A DNA stretch of 64,000 nt from an uncultured Methanosarcinales archaeon (GTDB lineage Archaea > Nanobdellota > Nanobdellia > Woesearchaeales > JAGWAF01). The position numbers and the translations under genes were made by a program. The stretch is taken from contig CAZQZJ010000001.1 of NCBI GenBank assembly GCA_964597775.1, forward strand, positions 6,033 to 70,032. Reading direction: 5' to 3'. The notes below the pieces were generated by a model, which was not told the DNA's origin, did not search any database, and worked only from the letters and a program-made list of their open reading frames with translations. Every line of letters begins with the position of its first letter. The stretch's first letter is position 1. Positions 57,271 to 64,000 of the stretch are shown here, piece after piece.

Positions 57271-57363
57271 ATGAAAAAAGGAGGAGTGCCCCTTTTGAAC
57301 CCTCTTTTTCGTCTTCGCTTCTAGTCAAATTTAAAACCACTGCTCTCGAGTTCCTTTCTGCTG
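57271..57363. repeat. intergenic repeat family R2, copy B
   Basis: atgaaaaaaggaggagtgccccttttgaaccc ... ctcgagttcctttctgctgg, with local hairpins ggtct..agacc and ggcc-cga-ggcc just downstream. Confidence 0.4.
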
Positions 57364-57496
57364 GTCTTTCGCTATGCTCAGACCAAGCAGTATTCTTGGT
57401 ACAAAAACTTAAGTTGGCCCGAGGCCGACATTAAGCATTTTTTATAACCACTTATTAATGACTTATTATTAATGTTAATAAAGATCACAAGTAATC

Positions 57497-57504
57497 TTTA
57501 TAAA
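57497..57504 (+). promoter_or_regulatory. archaeal TATA box (tttataaa) 24 nt upstream of the pan ATG
   Basis: tcTTTATAAAgt at the canonical spacing for a leaderless mRNA. Confidence 0.35.
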
Positions 57505-57527
57505 GTTCTATTCTGTGTAGTTTTTGG

Positions 57528-58667
57528 ATGACAACGCAGGAAGATTACGATAAAATTGCCTATTCCTATGCATCAAATCTGTCTGGGTTAGAGGAAGAAA
57601 ATAGATTTCTCAAAGAAACAGTAGATAATCTAAAACAAGAAATTGAGCGATATAGAAAAAAGCCATTGCTTGTGTGTAAAATTAAAGAGATGCATGATGA
57701 TTCTGCTATTGTACGTCTTCCTAATGGAAATGAATTTCTCGTTGGGGTTGCACCAGAAGCTGTAAGTTGCATTAGCGGTGACACTGTATTAGCTGAACAG
57801 AAAAACTTGACTATTGTCCAAAAGATTAACTCACCAAAGCGTTTTGAAGTAGAAAAATTTGTAATAATAGAAAAGCCTACTATTGACTGGTCCCATATTG
57901 GAGGATTACAAGATCAGGAGCGTGAAATTCGTGAGGTTATCGAATTACCATTACTTAAACCAGAACTATTTCGCAAAATTGGTATTCATCCTCCAAAAGG
58001 AATTTTGTTATATGGTCCACCAGGCACAGGAAAAACATTGCTTGCAAAAGCTGTTGCTTCATCAACAAGTTCAACATTTATTGAGATTGTTGGATCTGAA
58101 TTAGTGCAAAAATTTATTGGTGAAGGAGCAAAGATGGTAAAAGAAGTATTTGATCTTGCAAGAGAAAAATCTCCGTCAATCATTTTTATTGATGAAATTG
58201 ATGCACTTGCTGCAACAAGACTTGATGTTGGAACCTCTGGTGAGCGAGAGGTTCAGCGAACATTTATGCAATTACTTGCTGAAATTGACGGATTCAAATC
58301 TTTAGATAATGTAAAAATTATTGGATGTACCAATAGAAGAGATATACTTGATCCTGCTATTATTCGCCCTGGCCGTTTGGATCGCTTAATTTATGTCCCA
58401 CATCCAGATTATGATGGTAGATTAGAAATCTTGAATATTCATTCTAAACACATGAATCTTGATAAATTGGTGAATAAAGAAGTGCTTGCAACTGATATGA
58501 ACCGATTTTCTGGTGCTGAGATAAGATCTGTTTGCACTGAAGCTGGTTATTTTGCAATTCGAAGAAATAAAACAAAAATTATGATGGGAGATTTTCTAGC
58601 TGCCATTGCAAAGATCAAGGAAGAACAACTTGCTGAATCTGATGAGTATAAGAGTATGTTTGGATAA
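57528..58667 (+). CDS. pan: proteasome-activating nucleotidase (AAA+ ATPase)
   Basis: The N-terminal coiled coil and OB region are followed by AAA Walker A GPPGTGKTLLAKAVA, Walker B IIFIDEIDA and a second region of homology. 379 aa. Confidence 0.85.
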   Translation: MTTQEDYDKIAYSYASNLSGLEEENRFLKETVDNLKQEIERYRKKPLLVCKIKEMHDDSAIVRLPNGNEFLVGVAPEAVSCISGDTVLAEQKNLTIVQKINSPKRFEVEKFVIIEKPTIDWSHIGGLQDQEREIREVIELPLLKPELFRKIGIHPPKGILLYGPPGTGKTLLAKAVASSTSSTFIEIVGSELVQKFIGEGAKMVKEVFDLAREKSPSIIFIDEIDALAATRLDVGTSGEREVQRTFMQLLAEIDGFKSLDNVKIIGCTNRRDILDPAIIRPGRLDRLIYVPHPDYDGRLEILNIHSKHMNLDKLVNKEVLATDMNRFSGAEIRSVCTEAGYFAIRRNKTKIMMGDFLAAIAKIKEEQLAESDEYKSMFG

Positions 58668-58783
58668 TATTCACGACATCTTTATAACTTCTAAGAACAT
58701 TGTAGAAAAGTGCACAATGACCGTGTGAACACCCGATGAGGCCTTGCCAATGATAAACGGATGTAACTGGGGAGTGCACTTAT

Positions 58784-59638
58784 TTATTTTAGTGCATGTA
58801 GCTCAATACAGATGCGATACACGTGAGGTTTGTAAGCTCCACATTTAACAACACGTATAAGGATGCATGGTTTTCCTAGTTTGCTGCATATATTCTTTAT
58901 TCGTTCTGCTTCATGGAGAAAATAGTCCTCATGAGCAAAGGAATAGATATGAAGATATCCTTTTGGTGCAAGTGCTGGTATTGCTATCTCTAAAAAATCC
59001 ATAGCAGATTTAGGTAGGGCCATTATAACGCGATTAAAAAGTCCTAGTTTAGGAACAACGTTTCTAACATCACCAAGATAGTTGGTAATCTGTTTGAATT
59101 TGTTGATACGTTTATTTTCTTCTGCATAGGTATGTGCTATTGGGTTAGATTCCACACCAACTATTTTTACATTTGGTTGATTACGTGAAATCACAAGAGG
59201 ATATGGTCCACATCCGCTAAACATTACAAGAACGCGTTCATTTGGTTGTACAAGTTTGGCAATACGAAGACGATCAGAAGAAAGACGAGGGCTGAAATAT
59301 ACCTTTTCTGCATGGAGCACAATATGAACACCGTTCTCAATATAGTGTGCTTCTTTACTTTTTTTCCCTGCAATAATCTTTAGTTTTTGTTTGCGATAAA
59401 TTCCTAAACGAGTGCCTACTTTTTTACAAACTGTTAGGATATGAGGATTGAGATTAAGAATGGTTTGGCCGATTATCTTCTCTTTTTTTTCAATTTCTTT
59501 AGGAATTTCAATAATGATAAGATTACCCAGAGTATCGTAACTTCTTGGAATATGTTTCTGTTCACTTTTACTTAATTTGTCCTTAACTGCTTCAAACAAA
59601 CTATAATGTTTTTGTGTTGCCATATTACCTAAAATCAA
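58784..59638 (-). CDS. tRNA (guanine37-N1)-methyltransferase, Trm5/TYW2 family
   Basis: Class I SAM-MTase motifs are present (VLVMFSGCGPYPLVI; NLP-like ALPKSA). 284 aa. Confidence 0.65.
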   Translation of the reverse strand: MILGNMATQKHYSLFEAVKDKLSKSEQKHIPRSYDTLGNLIIIEIPKEIEKKEKIIGQTILNLNPHILTVCKKVGTRLGIYRKQKLKIIAGKKSKEAHYIENGVHIVLHAEKVYFSPRLSSDRLRIAKLVQPNERVLVMFSGCGPYPLVISRNQPNVKIVGVESNPIAHTYAEENKRINKFKQITNYLGDVRNVVPKLGLFNRVIMALPKSAMDFLEIAIPALAPKGYLHIYSFAHEDYFLHEAERIKNICSKLGKPCILIRVVKCGAYKPHVYRICIELHALK

Positions 59639-60665
59639 AGATTGATTTTTGATTATGGAATGCTACTGATGCTTCAAGCTCTTTAATTGTTTTTTCTACA
59701 CGATCCAAAGAAAAACCATGTTCATCAATAAGAAATGAACGAAGCCTATTAAAAGATGGCTTTTTCCATATAATATTATAATCATCAGTAACAGGCATTG
59801 TCTTAAATGTATCAAAAATCTCCTTCCAATGATGATGAGAATGCTTATCAAAATCAACATCCTTAAAAAGTTCATCAAAATGTTCTCCGTGCATCTTTAC
59901 AAGCCTCAAGGCTGTTTTTGGACCTATACCTTTAACACCCCCTTTGTTATAATCTGTCCCGATAAGTATAGCTACCGCAATAAGCTGATCAGTAGTAATT
60001 CCCATAACCTTGAGGTTTTGATTAAGATCAATAAGTTTTGGTTGAATAGGTATGGTTCCTAATTTTGCAGTTCTCTTTCTTCTGCCTGTTGCAGAAAGAT
60101 TTTGAATTAGACGATCACATCCATATAATAATGAATCAAAATCTTGGCTCACTGAAGCCCATGTTACTCCTTTTTTTACTAGATGTGCTGATTGTGCTTC
60201 TCCTTCGCTTGGGGCTTGAATCCAAGGAATACCAAGTACATCAAGAAGGGATTTTGCATCAGTAATCATTTCTTGCGTTAGGTAAGTGGTTCTTGATGCA
60301 TATTTTTTCATTAAGAGTGTCTCCTTAGATAAGACTGCTTGATTATACATTGTTTTGGCTTGTTCTTTTAACTCCTGCCGTCTAAGTCTTTCTTCTTCTT
60401 TAATTAGTGGTGGTTTTCCATCAAATACAAAGATAAGTTTAATTCCTTTATTCATCAAATGTGTAGATCGAAAGAAGAGTCCGATAAGATGCGAGGTGAT
60501 ATGTCCATTCGAATTAGTAAATAGGTTACCATCAGGTTGGCGGATTGTTGTTAAAAATTGATAGAGTATGTTAAATCCATCTACTGAAAGTGTTCGCATG
60601 CTAAGTTCTTCTGTACTAATTTCCTTCTGGATAAGAATATCTTTAAGTGCAACTCCCATGTTCAC
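59625..60665 (-). CDS. fen: flap endonuclease 1
   Basis: MGVALKDILIQKEISTEELSMRTLSVDGFNILYQF has the XPG-N signature. The I domain and H3TH follow. 346 aa. Confidence 0.85.
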   Translation of the reverse strand: MNMGVALKDILIQKEISTEELSMRTLSVDGFNILYQFLTTIRQPDGNLFTNSNGHITSHLIGLFFRSTHLMNKGIKLIFVFDGKPPLIKEEERLRRQELKEQAKTMYNQAVLSKETLLMKKYASRTTYLTQEMITDAKSLLDVLGIPWIQAPSEGEAQSAHLVKKGVTWASVSQDFDSLLYGCDRLIQNLSATGRRKRTAKLGTIPIQPKLIDLNQNLKVMGITTDQLIAVAILIGTDYNKGGVKGIGPKTALRLVKMHGEHFDELFKDVDFDKHSHHHWKEIFDTFKTMPVTDDYNIIWKKPSFNRLRSFLIDEHGFSLDRVEKTIKELEASVAFHNQKSIFDFR

Positions 60666-61561
60666 AACACTTTAACAATTAATCCTTTTAATTCTTTACT
60701 AATCATCCCTTCTGCTTTCTTTGTTAGTTCACCAGTAGTAATAAGAAGTCCTGGTAGTTTATGGTAACTTGCTTGAACATGAAGTATAGATAAGTCATTT
60801 TCAGATATTCTTTTTTTGTTGCTTGCATGGCAATAAAATTGAACAATCCCTACAAGGCTTGGAATATGAAGAATATATTCATGACAAGTATTTTTCTTAA
60901 TTATTTTTTCTTGATCAATAACAATCTTATTGTCTAAGAAAAATTGTTCAACAAGAGAATGAAATGGTTCGTTTCTCTTTTTTTTATCTTGTGTAAAAAT
61001 TGTTTTAAGAGGTGATGTTGGCTCTTCTTGGTTAGTTTCTGTAGCTACTGCTGGATGTGGTGTTAGGGAGGAAGGTTGGGGTTTTTCATGTGTCTCTGAA
61101 ATAGAATCAAATACATTTTTTGATACCATGATCTCTCTGATTTTAAGTTCTGCATCAGCATCAGACAACAAAAACCATTTATAAAATGTCTCTGTTGATG
61201 TCTGTGTTTTTACTGTGAGTGGAATAGCAAAATCTTTAATTACTTTAAGTGTGTATCGCAGAAGTGGTTCAGAATCTGCCTCTTGTATAACACCTTGTGC
61301 TTCAAGTCTAGTTACTGTTTTTTGTTCAGTTGCATCAAGATGTTGAATATAATGAATAAGTTTGTGTTCTTGTCCTGGTAAATAATAAAGTGGTGACCCT
61401 CCAATTTTTACAGAACTGACCTTTACTTTGCCACGACTGCTTAATTCTGAAAGAACAGCGCTTGTCATCATAATGTTTTGATTTATTTCCTTGCTTATAT
61501 GTGCTGGAATAACAGGACCTTTTCGCTGAATCAGCTCAAGAACAGTATCTGTGATAACCAT
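60662..61561 (-). CDS. hypothetical protein with N-terminal winged-helix-like domain
   Basis: 299 aa, translationally coupled to fen. No confident family assignment was possible by eye. Confidence 0.35.
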   Translation of the reverse strand: MVITDTVLELIQRKGPVIPAHISKEINQNIMMTSAVLSELSSRGKVKVSSVKIGGSPLYYLPGQEHKLIHYIQHLDATEQKTVTRLEAQGVIQEADSEPLLRYTLKVIKDFAIPLTVKTQTSTETFYKWFLLSDADAELKIREIMVSKNVFDSISETHEKPQPSSLTPHPAVATETNQEEPTSPLKTIFTQDKKKRNEPFHSLVEQFFLDNKIVIDQEKIIKKNTCHEYILHIPSLVGIVQFYCHASNKKRISENDLSILHVQASYHKLPGLLITTGELTKKAEGMISKELKGLIVKVL

Positions 61562-61605
61562 ATTAGATAGATTATACCTTAATTATAAAAGGCTTTGTGG
61601 AAAAA

Positions 61606-62160
61606 TTATGGTCTGATCCATTTAACTTCATAATAAGTGACATCTCCTTCATCATCAACAATACCTATAAGAAGTCTTTTACGTGTAGAGTGTGCAACAC
61701 GATTTTTAGCTGAGAATTCATACCAAGTAAACACAGAACTCTCTTGTTGTGGGAATACTACCCATTTTGCATGATCCTCACCAGGTTTAATTCCTCGATC
61801 GTATACACGAAAATCTGCCCCGAATTTTAATGCGGTTTTTACAATATATCCCCTATCGCGTAAATCTTTAAAAACACAATATCTAGTCCAGAATAAATCG
61901 TCTTTCTTCTGAATATATTTAAGAAAACTTTCTGGAGTGACCTTCTTTTTCCCATGTAAGATTGTTATTCTCTTTTTCTCAAGTAGATAAAGGGCTTCAG
62001 GATGTGATAATTGTAATATTCCGTTATCAAGTAATGCGCCATAACAAGATTGTTCATATAATTCTTTAGCACGATCAGTTGCGTCAGTAAGAACCCTATC
62101 ACCAAGAAATCGCGCAGAAACGACTTCTTTAGTGGTGTTCTTATCCACTAATGTTGTCAT
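61606..62160 (-). CDS. endA: tRNA-splicing endonuclease (tRNA-intron lyase) EndA
   Basis: YCVFKDLRDRGYIVKTALKFGADFRVY closely matches the catalytic-domain consensus of archaeal EndA (Y..YRDLRERGYIVKTGFKFG..FRVY). 184 aa. Confidence 0.85.
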   Translation of the reverse strand: MTTLVDKNTTKEVVSARFLGDRVLTDATDRAKELYEQSCYGALLDNGILQLSHPEALYLLEKKRITILHGKKKVTPESFLKYIQKKDDLFWTRYCVFKDLRDRGYIVKTALKFGADFRVYDRGIKPGEDHAKWVVFPQQESSVFTWYEFSAKNRVAHSTRKRLLIGIVDDEGDVTYYEVKWIRP

Positions 62161-62196
62161 ATTAATTTAGTATGCCGAATATTTATAAAGGTTGGC

Positions 62197-63111
62197 TTGA
62201 TAGGTGAAGAAATGGAGCTTACTTTCCTAGGCACATCATGTATGGTTCCTACAAAAGAGAGGAATGTGTCTAGTTTTTATCTTTCATTTAGAAATGAAGG
62301 TATACTTTTTGATTGCGGTGAAGGAACACAACGACAAATGAATATTGTAGGTATTAAAAGAACATCAGTGACAAGGATTCTTCTTAGCCATTGGCATGGG
62401 GATCATGTTTCTGGTTTAATTGGTTTAATCCAAACATTAGGTAATGAGGAAAACACTCCAACACTGCATGTGTATGGGCCTCAAGAAACAAAATTACGTA
62501 TGGCTCATTTATTTAATACATGTATATTTGGGAATAAGATAGATATTATTGTTCATGAAGTTCATCCAAAACAATTAGAAAAGATTGAAGACTGTGCTGA
62601 ATTTGAGATATGGGCTGCACCACTGAATCATTCTATTCCTTGTATAGGATATATATTTGTTGAAAAAGACCGTCATAATATTGACAAGAAAAAGATGAAT
62701 ATTTTAGGGATTAAAGAAGGGCCACATGTTGCAGAGCTCAAAGCTGGAAAGTCGATTGTGTATAACAAAAAAAAGATTTATCCGAAAGATATGTTAATCA
62801 CAATTCCAGGAAAACGAGTTGCCTACATTGCTGATACAGCAGTCTGTAAGTCGACAATGGATCTTGCGAATCATGCTGATATATTAGTATGTGAATCAAC
62901 GTATTCTCATACGCATCAAGAGAAAGCAGAAAAATATTGTCATCTTACTGCCACACAAGCTGCGCAGATTGCATCACAATCAGATGCAAAAAAATTGTAT
63001 CTTACTCATTTTTCACAAAGATATGGTGGAATAAACCAGATAGAAGAAGATGCAAAAACTATTTTTCCAAATAGCATATGTGCAAGGGATTTCTTGCGTG
63101 TTACCATATGA
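62197..63111 (+). CDS. rnz: ribonuclease Z (tRNA 3' processing, metallo-beta-lactamase fold)
   Basis: HxHxDH motif (LLSHWHGDHVSGLIGLIQTL). 304 aa. The overall RNase Z short-form layout is present. Confidence 0.8.
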   Translation: MIGEEMELTFLGTSCMVPTKERNVSSFYLSFRNEGILFDCGEGTQRQMNIVGIKRTSVTRILLSHWHGDHVSGLIGLIQTLGNEENTPTLHVYGPQETKLRMAHLFNTCIFGNKIDIIVHEVHPKQLEKIEDCAEFEIWAAPLNHSIPCIGYIFVEKDRHNIDKKKMNILGIKEGPHVAELKAGKSIVYNKKKIYPKDMLITIPGKRVAYIADTAVCKSTMDLANHADILVCESTYSHTHQEKAEKYCHLTATQAAQIASQSDAKKLYLTHFSQRYGGINQIEEDAKTIFPNSICARDFLRVTI

Positions 63112-63512
63112 ATCAAAAAGCAAAAGGTACAAATGCTGAACGTGAGCTTATTCATATGTTTTGGAAATCTGGATGGGTGGCTGCTAGGGTTGCCGGATCT
63201 GGTTCTATGAGTTATCCATCACCTGATATTATTGCTGCTAAATATCCAAGAATTATTGTTATTGAAGCAAAAGTGACTTCACAAACAAGGCAATATATTT
63301 ACAAGGAAGATATCAAAGGATTGCAAATGTTTGCATCGGTTATGAATGCAGAGCCATGGATAGCTGTAAAATTTAATCAGATTGGTTGGTATTTTATAGG
63401 GTCATCTAGATTTGATAACATAGAAAAACCTTTTTCTTTATGTGCAGAAGATATGAAAATAAGAGGACTGCTTTTTGATGAGGTTCTCCAAGATAGTGGG
63501 CAAGGTTTATAA
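63078..63512 (+). CDS. hjc: Holliday junction resolvase Hjc
   Basis: KGTNAERELIHMFWKSGWVAARVAGSGS...EAK matches the Hjc nuclease motifs (E..D..EAK). 144 aa. Confidence 0.8.
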   Translation: MCKGFLACYHMNQKAKGTNAERELIHMFWKSGWVAARVAGSGSMSYPSPDIIAAKYPRIIVIEAKVTSQTRQYIYKEDIKGLQMFASVMNAEPWIAVKFNQIGWYFIGSSRFDNIEKPFSLCAEDMKIRGLLFDEVLQDSGQGL

Positions 63513-63536
63513 AGCTCTTATGACGTTTATAAATAA

Positions 63537-64000
63537 TGAAAGGTTCTATTAAAATTACACCAAAAGTGGTAGAGCAAGTTATCTCTGAAGTGGCTGGAAA
63601 AGACACGTTAAAGATAGTTAAGGCGTTGAAGGGAAAAAAGAATATTTCTGAGTTTAAACTTGCACATGATATTGCTGAAGAGATTAACACAACAAGAAAT
63701 ATGTTATACAGGTTATATAATGCGAATTTGGTAAGTTTCACGCGGAAAAAAGATAAGACAAAAGGATGGTATATTTATTATTGGACATTTAATACTCCAA
63801 GAGTAAAGGATTTAGTTGGTACTCTAAAGAAAAAAAGATTAGATATGCTACGCGAGCGTCTTGATCGCGAAAAAGCATCACATTTTTATGCGTGCCTTAG
63901 CCGTTGTATCAGGCTAGATTTTGAACAAGCAACTGATTTTGGTTACAAATGCCCTGAATGTGGTAAATTACTAAACCAAGAAGATAATACAGATATTATT
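63537..64000 (+). CDS. tfe: transcription factor E alpha subunit (TFE), 3' end beyond the window
   Basis: An ATG at 63537 opens a frame that runs to the window edge. The winged helix (KITPKVVEQVISEVAGKDTLKIVKAL...EFKLAHDI) is followed by a zinc ribbon (CPECGK). Confidence 0.65.

Overview
This is an AT-rich window with archaeal information-processing genes, most likely from a small-genome DPANN-type archaeon; the phylum assignment is inference. The archaeal core genes are archaeal PheRS alpha and beta, RFC small subunit, PAN, FEN-1, Pelota, Hjc, tRNA-splicing endonuclease EndA, RNase Z, RNase P subunit Rpp30, r-proteins L34e and L14e, the start of TFE-alpha, a Trm5-family methyltransferase, an Lrp/AsnC regulator and a TrmB regulator. 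The accessory content stands out more. (1) About 27 kb (4.9-32.6 kb, all on the minus strand) carries at least eight small proteins with class-III (archaeal type-IV-pilin-like) signal peptides. Interleaved with them are giant cell-surface proteins: one of 2069 aa with parallel beta-helix repeats, one of 1945 aa with thrombospondin-type-3 calcium-binding repeats, and others of 971, 500 and 354 aa. This looks like a host-attachment or adhesion apparatus. A prepilin peptidase that is unusually fused to a squalene-cyclase/prenyltransferase-like alpha/alpha-toroid domain lies nearby at 36.0-37.7 kb. (2) A compact radical-SAM/SPASM maturase sits next to a Cys-rich, poly-Gly-tailed small ORF at 32.7-35.0 kb, which may be an archaeal RiPP cluster. 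(3) A membrane-anchored Amidase_3 (MurNAc-L-Ala amidase) operon lies at 0.5-3.6 kb, which is unexpected in an archaeon. (4) A bacterial-type pta-ackA pair is present. (5) There are two families of about 100-180 bp intergenic repeats built from perfectly conserved hairpins, a GC-rich structured island at 3.70-3.92 kb, and a structured 320-bp spacer between tandem paralogous lipoprotein genes. No CRISPR array, rRNA or canonical tRNA was recognised by eye.
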